A DNA stretch of 63,870 nt, the filler included, from Barthelona sp. PAP020 (Eukaryota): NCBI GenBank assembly GCA_040182905.1. It is 3 parts of 3 records of this genome, joined end to end, with 100 filler letters (N's around TTAATTAATTAA, not from the genome) between each part and the next. Parts side by side here need not be neighbours in the genome. Positions count along the whole stretch, not along the records: positions 1 to 22,178 come from JARQWU010000177.1; 2 more parts are not named here. The stretch is one strand, 5' to 3'. Within the stretch, counting starts at the first letter, position 1; the number at the start of each line of letters is the position of its first letter. Positions 1-11,002 of the stretch are shown here, piece by piece. The translations under genes were made by a program, and so were the position numbers. Below the pieces are notes generated by a model, which saw nothing but the letters and a program-made list of their open reading frames with translations, made no database searches and was not told the DNA's origin.

Positions 1-503
1 ATAATAATCTTTTCCACTTCAGTATCAATTTCTTCAAGTTCAGTTCTCTCAATCAAAATATCGTGATAATGTGGCTCTATTCTTGTTTGAATAAACCAAT
101 CCAATTTCTCACTTAAAGTGTACTCCTGTAAATATGCAAATTTGTCAAAGACAATACGAATCAAACATTCCACAAAACATATAAAATTTATGGCGTCATG
201 AGGAATTGGAGGAATCGTAGAAGATGTTTCTGCGAGTTCTTTCTTTGTTTTTCTTAATTTTCCTTTGTGTTCAACCAGCACCTCTTGAAATATTCTTCTA
301 ACACTGGTAGTTGGCAAATTTTCACATGTAATATCCAAATTACGAACCAAAGATATAAATTGATTCTCCAAAATTGCATTTGTGCCTGTTGAATAATGAA
401 TGAATAAATTGTATAAATTATCAGAGGCTTTCCCAATTAATTCATGTACTTGTGGAATGGATAACACATCTTCCATGAAAGGAGATATGATGGTTTTCGA
501 CAT
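1..503 (-). CDS. 5' part of a gene running off the window edge; EF-hand/p25-alpha-like 'FxExLxR' repeat protein
   Basis: Own translation from ATG 503: MSKTIISPFMEDVLSIPQVHELIGKASDNLYNLFIHYS...INFICFVECLIRIVFDKF..., open to base 1. Absent from the ORF track because there is no stop. The family call is a weak motif resemblance. Confidence 0.6.
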   Translation of the reverse strand, partial: MSKTIISPFMEDVLSIPQVHELIGKASDNLYNLFIHYSTGTNAILENQFISLVRNLDITCENLPTTSVRRIFQEVLVEHKGKLRKTKKELAETSSTIPPIPHDAINFICFVECLIRIVFDKFAYLQEYTLSEKLDWFIQTRIEPHYHDILIERTELEEIDTEVEKII

Positions 504-754
504 TGAAAATAAAAATCTTTAATATCAATTCAAAAAAAAAAAATTTCCTGTTTCATTCAAATCTTTTATGCATATATTTGGTTATTTAACAAGTAATTCA
601 AAAATTTCAAATGTTTTTAACAGATTTCGGAAAAAAAAGATTGTGTAAAAACTGATACATTTATGTTCAAATTTGAACATGCAAAAATTATAAAAACATG
701 CTCATAAAAAACAAACATATTGATAGGTTTAAAATGTCTATTTGGTGAAAATAG

Positions 755-3139
755 TCAGTCGTAGTTGTTGTTGAATGATTCACTCATATAATAATACATA
801 CCTTGTTGCTTATTGTTAATTAAGAGGTCTTTATTCTTCAAAAAATCAATTATTTCATCGAATTCACTGAAGGTGGAATCATCTAACCAATTATTCAATA
901 AATCAGATAAAGCTTCCTTCAAATCTGCTTCATTTAAACCTTTTGGATGTGTTTCTTTGAGAATTTTAATAATTCCAGCTTTTAGAGCATCATCTCGCAA
1001 AAAATTCACAATAGCTTGATAATCATGACTCATTTTAAAGGCATCATGCTTGAAAATTCCCACGCAATCCACTATCTCAGTGTCAAATGGTTCAATATTG
1101 CTCTTTAAATGTGTCTTAGGTTTTAACACATCCGTATTTGCAACTAAAACTCCGACTTTAATCAATTGTTCAATAGATGGACCTAAAACCAACAAGTTGC
1201 ATTTAAAAATAGACAATAACGTTTGAATTTGAATATTTTCCTTGAAAACTTGTAAAATAATCAATTGAAACCCATTAACGAATATTTTTTGCCCATTTAT
1301 GGATACAATACCCATCGAATATTGAGGCAAAACACTTAATTCTTTTAAAGGGTTTGTCTTTGAATATTCTTGACATATATGATGATTATTAAAAATATCC
1401 CTGCTAAAAACGAATTTTCTTTTGAATTCTGAAGACTTTTGGTCCAAGTAAAAATCTGGATTTGAGGCAAAACAAGTTAGATTAGGGTTATTTATTTCAA
1501 TTTCAAAATCTCTCAAAATATTGTTAAATTTGAGATTATTTTCACTCATTGAATCATCAAAAATGTAATTGACCAATTTTTTTTCCAAATTGAAAATTCC
1601 ATTGAATTCTTCTTCTGAAATGTTTATATCTTGATGGTTCATCATGAATTTAGTTTTCAAAAGGATTAATCTTTCAGGAAAATCACTCAAACAAAGTAGG
1701 CAAAATATTTTGTGATTAGGTAAAAATTTTGAAATTTTACCGACAGACTCAATCAATGCTTCACAAAAATTAAAATTTGTGAATAAATAACAACTTCTCA
1801 GAACACAATCAATAACTCTAGCAAAGATGAAACTCAAATCAATTTCTTCAACCTCGTGATTTGTATTTTTAAAATGGAATTTGAAGAATTTCTCCAAACA
1901 AGCAAACATTGTTTGTTTAGCTAGATCGGACATATCAAAAACATCACTGACAACATGCTCAAGTAAATCACTCAAATAACACATAAACAAAGTCAATTTA
2001 ACACATTCAATTTTCTTGTACGTATATCTTGGTATAACCTCAAGAAAATTAAAGATTTTTTGCTTTACTTCATGTGGCATAAGCTCAAACAGAATTGAAT
2101 CCTCATTTTCATTCTCACTTCCACTCTTATCATCGATAACACATAAAGTATAAAAATTGATGAAAATAGATTCAAACACATCCTCAAATCTTTCAAGATA
2201 TGCAGTTTGCAAATGAATATTTTCAACACACGAAATGATTTTGGAAACTTCAAGCAAAGGACTGAATTGTTTCAAAACAACAAACTCTTTTAAAGTGTCA
2301 ATGGGAAACATGCTTTGTAAAATCTCAACGGATAGAAAATTCTCAACAATTAATTCAACAACAACTGTTATACATTCATCGTTGAACACTTTCATCACCA
2401 GACTTTTTTCGTTTTCGAGAAACTGAGTCAAAAATGCAATGTAATCTAAAACGTCTAATGACTTTCGTTCCTTCGCCAGATCCCTATACAGCAATTCAGA
2501 TGATTCTAAAAATGGTTGAATAAAAAAGTAATGCAAAGCATTAGTTCTTGCGTTTTCACAAGAAAATAGGAAATTCTTTAATTGTATTAAAAAATCCAAC
2601 CTTTCCACTAAATTTCTACCACAATTATTCCTATAATCATTAATAATACCATAAACATCGTCCATTATTGAAGTGTAAATACGAGAATTTTTCAAAATAT
2701 TATCAATTAATAGAGCCTTAGAATGATCTTCTAAAGAGGGTTTATTCGATACAGTGGTCCACGTATTCAATTGACTACACACAGCAATAATTTTTTGCAT
2801 TCCTAACTCATATTTATTTATAAAATCAAACATAATTTCCAAAGCAGATGAATTATGAAAATTATTTCTGTTATCTTGAAAGTAGTCTTCAATAAAATCA
2901 ACTAAAAATAGAGTTAAATCATTAAATAACTTGTGAGAATATTGTTGTATAACCAATAAAAAAACAATTCTATGTACTTCTTCAAAACTAATTTCACGAA
3001 TCAATTCAACTTCGTTATTCATTATTTTGGTAAAACAATCTTTCAATTCATTCCAAGATTCATCATAATTTAATGTATTTGTATTCATTAACATTCTCAG
3101 AGAAGTTTCAATGTTTTGCGTACTTAAATGTTCATTCAT
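755..3139 (-). CDS. Divergent cullin-family protein, 794 aa
   Basis: N-terminal cullin repeat (YDESWNELKDCFTKIM...ISFEEVHRIVFLLV...KLFNDL) and C-terminal winged-helix/neddylation-like segment (RDDALKAGIIKILKE...IDFLKNKDLL...YYY). Confidence 0.75.
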   Translation of the reverse strand: MNEHLSTQNIETSLRMLMNTNTLNYDESWNELKDCFTKIMNNEVELIREISFEEVHRIVFLLVIQQYSHKLFNDLTLFLVDFIEDYFQDNRNNFHNSSALEIMFDFINKYELGMQKIIAVCSQLNTWTTVSNKPSLEDHSKALLIDNILKNSRIYTSIMDDVYGIINDYRNNCGRNLVERLDFLIQLKNFLFSCENARTNALHYFFIQPFLESSELLYRDLAKERKSLDVLDYIAFLTQFLENEKSLVMKVFNDECITVVVELIVENFLSVEILQSMFPIDTLKEFVVLKQFSPLLEVSKIISCVENIHLQTAYLERFEDVFESIFINFYTLCVIDDKSGSENENEDSILFELMPHEVKQKIFNFLEVIPRYTYKKIECVKLTLFMCYLSDLLEHVVSDVFDMSDLAKQTMFACLEKFFKFHFKNTNHEVEEIDLSFIFARVIDCVLRSCYLFTNFNFCEALIESVGKISKFLPNHKIFCLLCLSDFPERLILLKTKFMMNHQDINISEEEFNGIFNLEKKLVNYIFDDSMSENNLKFNNILRDFEIEINNPNLTCFASNPDFYLDQKSSEFKRKFVFSRDIFNNHHICQEYSKTNPLKELSVLPQYSMGIVSINGQKIFVNGFQLIILQVFKENIQIQTLLSIFKCNLLVLGPSIEQLIKVGVLVANTDVLKPKTHLKSNIEPFDTEIVDCVGIFKHDAFKMSHDYQAIVNFLRDDALKAGIIKILKETHPKGLNEADLKEALSDLLNNWLDDSTFSEFDEIIDFLKNKDLLINNKQQGMYYYMSESFNNNYD

Positions 3140-3321
3140 GATTGGTATTATCTGTTAGCTCCAATTCAATCATAAAAAATAATTATGATTTTTTTTACTG
3201 TAAAAACTCCTTCCTTTCTGTTGTTAGTGAATTGATTTTTTTTTTTTTGAATCAGTGCTGTTTTCATAATTATTATGTAGGTTGGTAAACGAATAATATT
3301 TTTAAAATTTTGTTAATTAAC

Positions 3322-4185
3322 ATGTTTGAGGCACCAACATCAACAGATATTCATTTATTTGGCAGAATAGGTCCATTATCTTTTTTATTTGTAACATATC
3401 TTTGTTTTTTTACTTCAAAACTTTTGGATCATTGGGATGGTTTTTTTTCTAATATCAGTTATACAATTCTATATTCTCCTGAATATTATATTTTTATTGT
3501 TGGAATGATTATTTCAATATTATTTCATTTGGCAAATTATGTTTTGATAATGAGAATGATAAATGACCATTTTTTATCAGATTTTGAAAATGGTGAAGAT
3601 ATTCCAAAATTTTGTGACAATGATAATGAAGATCGTAAGGTGTTATCAATTTTGCCAGCTCCATCCCCAGCAGATCAAATAAATATTCAAATACCAACAA
3701 TAGCGATCAGAGAATCAAGATTCTCAAGACAGCAGAAATACAGATTCTTTAAAATCCTGTATGTGTGTGAGTATTTTTTTGGTTGTTTTGGTATGTGCTA
3801 TTATGCTTTAATGGGATCAGTAAAAATTACAAAAAATCTTGCTTTGCATGCTCATTTTGCTTTTATGTTTGGTATGACACAATTATTTGAGATGTTTGTG
3901 ATAATAATATTATTTACCTATGATATCAAAATGCATTCAAAGAGTATCACACTGGTTAATCCAAAGCCAATCACTACCTGGCGATTGATGATAGCCCGTT
4001 ACATTATATGTTTGGGAGGAGCAACTGCAGGAATTTTGTATTTTGTCTTTCAAAATCCTTGTAATTATGAAGACCGTTTTTGTTTACATAGAAGCGTGTG
4101 CCAACATCTGTGTGTACTTTTTATTTGTGCTTTTAAGTTTGCATTTTATTTTGATCTGAAACGACATTTTATTGTTCATGATTGA
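3322..4185 (+). CDS. Frag1/DRAM/Sfk1-family membrane protein
   Basis: About 6 hydrophobic segments with motifs ISYTILYSPEYYIF, LHAHFAFMFG, SVCQHLCV...FYFDLK. First ATG is 3322 (the track start is TTG). Confidence 0.7.
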   Translation: MFEAPTSTDIHLFGRIGPLSFLFVTYLCFFTSKLLDHWDGFFSNISYTILYSPEYYIFIVGMIISILFHLANYVLIMRMINDHFLSDFENGEDIPKFCDNDNEDRKVLSILPAPSPADQINIQIPTIAIRESRFSRQQKYRFFKILYVCEYFFGCFGMCYYALMGSVKITKNLALHAHFAFMFGMTQLFEMFVIIILFTYDIKMHSKSITLVNPKPITTWRLMIARYIICLGGATAGILYFVFQNPCNYEDRFCLHRSVCQHLCVLFICAFKFAFYFDLKRHFIVHD

Positions 4186-4551
4186 AATTTTTTTTCAACG
4201 AAACAATAAAAGAATACATATATTTTTTTTCCAGTGAAATTTTTGGATTTTCTTTGTTTCGTTTGGAAGAAAAAGGAGTCTTATTTAAACTCCAATTAAG
4301 TATATGTTCAAGGTTTTCGTCACTACCAAGTTGTTTGAAAAGACACAGATCGAAACAGATTTCTTTGGAACTACGAATTGAAGAAAAAAAGGTTCATTGA
4401 AATAACTGTATTTATTGAAAAATAACAGGCAAAAATAGAAACTGAGTTTATAAACCGGGTCAATGCAAAACATTTGGTATTCGACATTTGATTTTTGAAA
4501 AAAAAAAAAAAAAAAAAAATTTTTTTTTTCTTTTCAAGTTTTTTTCCCACT

Positions 4552-7500
4552 TTAGGTAATGACTGGATCATGATGCATTATTGGAATAATACCTTCTTTG
4601 CAATAGACCCTAATCATAAAACTACAAATGTCTCGTTCTGAATCAATATGTGGAATAATAACCATATTGTTTAAAGGACTAACAATGAAATTCAAAAAGC
4701 TGACTTTTTTTGAAATGACAAAAGGTTTTTCAATTAACTTCCAATTCCAATTGTTTTCATATTTCCAAATGGAGAACTTAATGTTGAGTGGAAATTTTTC
4801 TGTGGTCAACTTTATGAATATTTCAATGTTAGAAAACTTGACAAATTCCTCAAAAACTATTTCATACCAATGCAATAAAGGAAGATTCATATTATTTGCA
4901 TTCAAAATTAACGGTAACCTTAAAGAATTTGAAATATAAAGAGTGTCCTTGAGAAACGATTGAAAAAACTGTGGTAAACTTGCAGCACAATAAATGTTCG
5001 ACATTGAATCAACAAATTGATCGAATGCAATCCAAAATCCATTTTTCTTTGACTGTTTTAAATAAACAATTTCTTCTTCGTACAATAGACTACTGTTTAA
5101 AAAATTATTCTCCATTTTATTATTATCATCCAACATATTTGTCAATAAAGAACAATCATCTGATGGTATTGAAAGAAAAATACCTTGTAAACTTACTAAA
5201 TACACAAATCTCACAATGACACCTTCAATTATGATATCTGTCACATCAACCACCATTACAATCATTGTATCAGATTGATTTCTAATTTGAGCGATGGAAA
5301 ACATTAAATTATTTGAGCAAGAACTTGTAATTTGCTGAAAACATTTTCGAAAATAGCAAGGATTCATGAACAAATCATATTTATTGTAAATATTCCCACG
5401 AAAACCCAATAATGTCATACATAACGAATATAATTGACTTAATTGTATATTATAAAGACTAAAATATGAATTAAATAATTTAGCACAACCTTTTTCAATA
5501 ATTGAAAATATAAAACTTTGTTGACCATTTTTGGTTTTAAAACTAGGATAAAAAGCAAATTTATCATTTAAAGTTGGCAAATAACCATCAACTAAGATGA
5601 AAAATGGTTCAGAATTAACAAAATACCTCAACATAAAAATACCTGCTTTGAGGTCATATCGATATAATGTGTGTCGTAAAAAATCATAAAGTTTCTTCTT
5701 TTGAAGAATGTTAATGAGAATCGGAAAAGTATTTGTTCTTTCAAACATTTCAAAATTTTTAACACTTTGGGAAATTTCAAAAAGTGCATCAGGGTCGATG
5801 TTTGCATCCACATTACAGATATCAAAATCACCTGAGAAAAAATAAGAAAAATGTCTCATTTTAAAGGGATTTAATGTGTATTCGAAGCCATCATTATTCC
5901 CTAATAATATTTTTGAAATACTGTGTGAATTAAAGCTGGTTTCAACTTCAGATTCATCGATATTGGTTGATTTCTCATCTTCTTCATTAATCAAATAGGT
6001 GTACTCAGAAAAATCGTTTATTTGATTATTATTAATAAAATTTCCCCAAATTACATGATTGATATCATTAAATTCCTCATCCATAAAGGGTATTTGAGTT
6101 AATCTGGCATTTTTAACTCCATTCAAGAACTGAATAGTGACCTTTCTCAAATTATCTGATTCATGATATTCTTTATTCTTTAAAAATCGATCAATTCTCT
6201 CGTCATTGTTGATAATCTCCAAAACTTTTTCATTTATTGCATCAACTAAAGTATCTTTTGAAACACTGTCCTGTTCAAAACCAAATCTCTCAAACAATTC
6301 AACATTTTCCAATCGTAGAATAAAATCAGCATCATGAGAACTGTGCTTTTGTAAAAATAGACTCTGGTTGTGAAAGAAGTCAACATCTATTTCAATAGAT
6401 ATGAATTCATTATAAATAAGCATGAAATCAGTGTATTTCAACAAACAAATCTTTTGTTTTAATTGACTGATGTTCTTACGACAAAAACTCAAAGAATCCA
6501 TTAGCTTTCCAACTTTCAATAGTAAGATAGACCATTTATTTTGTCCATATATGGGTATTGTTGAATAACCAAAAGAATCAATATTTGAAATAACAGTTGT
6601 ACTTGTAGGTGGAAAAAAAGTTTCAATATTTGAATTAAACGAATTCATAGAATTCGTTGAACTAATAGTGTTGTTGATACCAGCAGATTTAACACTGTTT
6701 ACTGAAATTCTTTTGTTAATATTTTTTTTCCTTCCAAAATTATTTGATTCTTGTTGGTGTTGTTGTTGTTGTTGTTGTTGCTTAGCCATTTGAGTTTGAT
6801 TTATAAGTTTCTGTGTTGTTAATTGTTCCGAAAATAAAGGAAAATCAACATTTGGTTGAGATTCAATAAATTGAGTGTATGATACATGAAAACTATTTTT
6901 TCGTATTTGTTGAATTTTCCTTTCAAAATATTTCTGAAATAATAATTGGCTTATTGCTAAATCATTTTCCTCATCTTCATGTATCATTGAAGATAATGTT
7001 GAAGTATCAAATGTGATTAAAGTGGTGTTTGAATTTTCGGAAGAATCATTTTTGGAATTTAAACTTGAATTTACCGCAAAACTAGAAGTAGCAAACAAAT
7101 TTTCTGCTGACTTTGTAAAGACGTTGTCATATGAATCATTGTTATTTTCAGCACCATTTTGAACGTTGCTTGTATGAGAAAAAGAACTTTGATTTAATCT
7201 GTCCATCTTCCATTTTAAAATGTTGTAATTTTGAAATTGATTACGAAAAGTACACAAATCCATCAATTCAAGATAAATATTGTAAATAATTTTTGTTCTT
7301 GTTTGAGAAAGATCGTTTAAATCAGTAAGGATTTTGTTAATGATATATTTCTTTTCGAAATTACTAAAATGATCACATTTGATCTTCATTTCTTTATTAT
7401 CAATCTCTTTAATTCGAATACTCTTATAGCTCTTGAAAAATTCCAGCAAACATTTTAATTTTGCGAGATTAATATCACATTTTCGAATCAGATTGAACGA

Positions 7501-10500
7501 AATTGTCAAAAAACTTTCATTATCTTCAACAATTTTACTGTCATTATCAATATCTTTTGTGAATATTGTTGAAGACCACAAATTATATTCATTATCGAAC
7601 ATTTTATTATTCATTTGATTCATTTGATGCACATTCTTATTCTTATTTTTTACTTCTATTTGTTCCTGTTTTACTTCTTCCTCCACTTTTATTTCTTTTT
7701 CCATATCTTCTTCTTCCTCTTCTTCAATAATAAATTCATCCGCATATTCCAAATTATTTTGAGTATTGAAATCTTTCAAACTTTTATCAAGAATGACAGA
7801 ATTATCAAAAGTTACAGAACGATAAAAGGTCAAATTGTTATCAACAATATTATCCATCATATTTTTATTGCCTTCATTAAAAACAAAATTGAAAGTTGAA
7901 ATGGGAACAGGTATTGGATCCATATTTATTTCATATTTCACATCTATTTCATTAAATTTAACCTTCTCTTTGGTTCGACTTTTATATTTTTCAGTCAATA
8001 TGTGATAATAAATCTTCTTTCGTTGAATAATCCTATTATTTCTTTCTTTTTGTTGATATTGTTGTTGAATCCCAAATTCTTGTTCAGATTCAACTGATTC
8101 AATTGATTCATCAAAGTTAAAATTTGGAATCAAATATTCATATTTTTTTAAAACTGGAGAATCAATTTCATAATTGATAACAATAGAATTGAACACATCA
8201 ATTAACATTTGTTTTGAAACCAATTTACAAATTTTAGCTGCTTGAATTTCATGTGCATTTTCACTGACATTAAGATAATGAGAAGAAAAATAACCACAAA
8301 TGTAAAACAAAATTGGAAAGAGATTACTTGAAGGGTATAAAAAAAAATTGTATAAACTGTGAATGTTACCAATGAAACCAATCAATACAGCAAAATTAAG
8401 GAATTTTGATAAATCAGTTTGCATTCCATCATTGAATATTACAACAACCTTTTTGAAACTAAAATTCAAAAATACATTTGCTTGATTATTAGGATACCCA
8501 GTAATTAAACCAGGCTGATAAGCAAATAACGATAAAAACATCAAAAAGTAAATGAAAAAGAAAATGTCAAAAAAATTAAAAATTCTGATTTGCAACCCAA
8601 AGATGGGTTTAAATTTAAGATAAATAATCATAAAAACTATGAAAGAAAATAAAGTTAAAATGACAAGATAATTCAAGAACAAATACTCAATATCATGTCT
8701 TCTTTCAGCATATATGGCTAATTTCATGCAAAATCTTGAATAAAAAAAATGAATTCCCATAATAACAAAGAATAGAATCAAATGAAATTCAAAACACTTT
8801 AAATCATTATTTAAATGTTTATAAATGTTTACATACCCAAAAATAACCACTGTGCTATGTAACAAACACACGAAATTAATATTATTGTCCATTAATTTTT
8901 TCGCATGGTGAATCATTTTGACAACAAATTTAACAAATATTACTTGCCACAAAATTATAAAAATAGCAAGAATTACTTCCAATCGAATATACTTTACTGC
9001 CTCATCTTCAACATATTTGTCATCAATAATACTGGCAAACAACATATAACAAAATAGAACAAAACTGGCAAAATAGTCATAAAAACTAATGATATTGCTG
9101 TTGGAACAAATTGTGTAATAAGTATATGAAATAAATAGAGTAGGTATCACACACCTACTCATGAAAAACCCAAAAAGCCCACATTGTAATCGGGTTATCC
9201 ATATTATTGCCATCACATTTATAAAATATAAAACATAAACAGTATTAAGCCAAGGTCTTACTGTGAATTTCTGAATGATTTTTACATTATTTATTCGATC
9301 ATAATCACCCAATTCTGTAATTTCCATATTGTTATTTAAACGATTATTAAGACATTGTTCCAATCGATAAAAGTGTGAAAAGCAAAAATAATAACTGACA
9401 ATATTAATCAGAAGACATAAAGAAAAAATCTTCTGGGAATATTCTTGAGGAATTAGAAAAAGTACAGCCAAAGGAATTATTAGTGAAAAAATTGAAAGAG
9501 AGATCATTCTGACCATAATGCTTTTGAAGACCTTTGGAATTTTGTTCTTTCTTAAACTTTTCCATGATTTAAAATTTTTTTGTATTATTGTACTGTTATT
9601 TTCATCAAAATATTCAAGAAAACTTTCATTCTTTTGGTCCTTAGACATTATTAACCTTAATAATATTGTTAAATCATATAGTGAAAACAATTTCATTGTT
9701 TTGCTTAAGAACAAATAGTAAAATCCAAAAATGATACAAACTATTAATATGTAAGGTCCATATAAAGTGACATTATCATCATTTTCAATTTTTTTAGCTA
9801 CTATTTCCAATAAAACAAACTCAATAAGTGAAGATACATAGAAAAATTCCTTTTTGTTCAAAATGCTCCAAAATGAATCCTTTGAAAATTCAACTATCGA
9901 ACTGCGAGAATTGATTGAAATTTTTATATCATTAACCGGAAAAAATCTTTCAGATAAACTTTTCGTTTCTTCTTTAGCATCAAAATTCAACAATTGAATG
10001 ATCAACATAACCATTAAATGAATAAAAGAAACTATTTGAAAAGAAAATACCAAATTAAACGTTGGAAACAAACGACTTAAACATATCGTTGGAAATGCAT
10101 TTAATGCAGTAATTATTACAGGATATAACAACAGTTTTCCAAAGGGATACAAAAAAGTGTGAAAACTTATGAAATAGAATGAAGAAAAATGAAATGTGAA
10201 AACTATCCAACGATTATACCTTTCATTCACATCCTTCATAATCAAGAGACGTAGAATACAAAATATACATGCAAATACATAGGGTGGAAAAATAATACGA
10301 ATGTATGTCAATATTTTAGCTTCAACAATATTTGTAGCACCTTTCAATGGTTCAAGAATCGAATTGACTAAATTGGGAATGCTGATTTTTTTGTAAAATG
10401 TAATGTCAATTATTTCATGCAAAACGTAAAGAACTAACGGTAATAATACAGGTAATAACATATCATTTCTGTATTTACAAGAAATCAATAAGCTAAAAAT

Positions 10501-10830
10501 TTCAAAACATATCAAAGAAATCAAAAATGCACAAAAAGAGAATTTATCACGTGAATAATTATTTGTCACTATCATTAAACAAAAAAAATAATACATTTGA
10601 AATGAGATAAATGGTAAAATCGCATTTAAAAATCGATTTTCAAAAAAAAATAATGATGAATCAGAATAGTAACAAAAATGTATATAATTTGTGAATAATT
10701 GCAAAAAATACAAAGCATATCCAACAAATTGTTTTAAAACTTTATTTTGAGATATATCATTGTAAAAAGGAAATGAACACTCATATATATTCATATATAT
10801 AATTAATATAATCGATATCAGTTCTATCAT
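4552..10830 (-). CDS. Large multi-transmembrane calpain-like protein (TML/DEK1-like architecture), probably non-catalytic, 2092 aa
   Basis: About 850 aa hydrophobic multi-TM N-terminus, acidic/polyQ linker, then CysPc scaffold motifs GIFMLRYF..FILVDGYLP, IIEKGCAKLFNSY, GFWIAFDQF and a C2L-like tail (FMIRVY). Confidence 0.7.
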   Translation of the reverse strand: MIELISIILIIYMNIYECSFPFYNDISQNKVLKQFVGYALYFLQLFTNYIHFCYYSDSSLFFFENRFLNAILPFISFQMYYFFCLMIVTNNYSRDKFSFCAFLISLICFEIFSLLISCKYRNDMLLPVLLPLVLYVLHEIIDITFYKKISIPNLVNSILEPLKGATNIVEAKILTYIRIIFPPYVFACIFCILRLLIMKDVNERYNRWIVFTFHFSSFYFISFHTFLYPFGKLLLYPVIITALNAFPTICLSRLFPTFNLVFSFQIVSFIHLMVMLIIQLLNFDAKEETKSLSERFFPVNDIKISINSRSSIVEFSKDSFWSILNKKEFFYVSSLIEFVLLEIVAKKIENDDNVTLYGPYILIVCIIFGFYYLFLSKTMKLFSLYDLTILLRLIMSKDQKNESFLEYFDENNSTIIQKNFKSWKSLRKNKIPKVFKSIMVRMISLSIFSLIIPLAVLFLIPQEYSQKIFSLCLLINIVSYYFCFSHFYRLEQCLNNRLNNNMEITELGDYDRINNVKIIQKFTVRPWLNTVYVLYFINVMAIIWITRLQCGLFGFFMSRCVIPTLFISYTYYTICSNSNIISFYDYFASFVLFCYMLFASIIDDKYVEDEAVKYIRLEVILAIFIILWQVIFVKFVVKMIHHAKKLMDNNINFVCLLHSTVVIFGYVNIYKHLNNDLKCFEFHLILFFVIMGIHFFYSRFCMKLAIYAERRHDIEYLFLNYLVILTLFSFIVFMIIYLKFKPIFGLQIRIFNFFDIFFFIYFLMFLSLFAYQPGLITGYPNNQANVFLNFSFKKVVVIFNDGMQTDLSKFLNFAVLIGFIGNIHSLYNFFLYPSSNLFPILFYICGYFSSHYLNVSENAHEIQAAKICKLVSKQMLIDVFNSIVINYEIDSPVLKKYEYLIPNFNFDESIESVESEQEFGIQQQYQQKERNNRIIQRKKIYYHILTEKYKSRTKEKVKFNEIDVKYEINMDPIPVPISTFNFVFNEGNKNMMDNIVDNNLTFYRSVTFDNSVILDKSLKDFNTQNNLEYADEFIIEEEEEEDMEKEIKVEEEVKQEQIEVKNKNKNVHQMNQMNNKMFDNEYNLWSSTIFTKDIDNDSKIVEDNESFLTISFNLIRKCDINLAKLKCLLEFFKSYKSIRIKEIDNKEMKIKCDHFSNFEKKYIINKILTDLNDLSQTRTKIIYNIYLELMDLCTFRNQFQNYNILKWKMDRLNQSSFSHTSNVQNGAENNNDSYDNVFTKSAENLFATSSFAVNSSLNSKNDSSENSNTTLITFDTSTLSSMIHEDEENDLAISQLLFQKYFERKIQQIRKNSFHVSYTQFIESQPNVDFPLFSEQLTTQKLINQTQMAKQQQQQQQHQQESNNFGRKKNINKRISVNSVKSAGINNTISSTNSMNSFNSNIETFFPPTSTTVISNIDSFGYSTIPIYGQNKWSILLLKVGKLMDSLSFCRKNISQLKQKICLLKYTDFMLIYNEFISIEIDVDFFHNQSLFLQKHSSHDADFILRLENVELFERFGFEQDSVSKDTLVDAINEKVLEIINNDERIDRFLKNKEYHESDNLRKVTIQFLNGVKNARLTQIPFMDEEFNDINHVIWGNFINNNQINDFSEYTYLINEEDEKSTNIDESEVETSFNSHSISKILLGNNDGFEYTLNPFKMRHFSYFFSGDFDICNVDANIDPDALFEISQSVKNFEMFERTNTFPILINILQKKKLYDFLRHTLYRYDLKAGIFMLRYFVNSEPFFILVDGYLPTLNDKFAFYPSFKTKNGQQSFIFSIIEKGCAKLFNSYFSLYNIQLSQLYSLCMTLLGFRGNIYNKYDLFMNPCYFRKCFQQITSSCSNNLMFSIAQIRNQSDTMIVMVVDVTDIIIEGVIVRFVYLVSLQGIFLSIPSDDCSLLTNMLDDNNKMENNFLNSSLLYEEEIVYLKQSKKNGFWIAFDQFVDSMSNIYCAASLPQFFQSFLKDTLYISNSLRLPLILNANNMNLPLLHWYEIVFEEFVKFSNIEIFIKLTTEKFPLNIKFSIWKYENNWNWKLIEKPFVISKKVSFLNFIVSPLNNMVIIPHIDSERDICSFMIRVYCKEGIIPIMHHDPVIT

Positions 10831-11002
10831 TCATTCAATCATAAAATTTCAGGAAAAACGATTCTTAGAATTCCTTTTTTAAAAAACTGCAAAAGGTTGA
10901 GTTTAACATTTATCATACTTTAAATTGTTTAATTTCGAACTAAATTTGTAAATGAAAAAATATAAATAAAATGTCAAGCAAATGAGAAATTTACAATGAA
11001 TG

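Noticed and set aside
254..436. Track ORF of 60 aa and the many 60-130 aa ORFs nested in larger genes
   Set aside because: Alternative-frame or antisense shadows, many with TTG/GTG starts and no motifs.
4498..4529. Poly(A)-poly(T) palindromic tracts in spacers (also ~39085-39103, ~61977-61993)
   Set aside because: Expected in very AT-rich intergenic DNA; homopolymer lengths are unreliable and no specific function can be shown.
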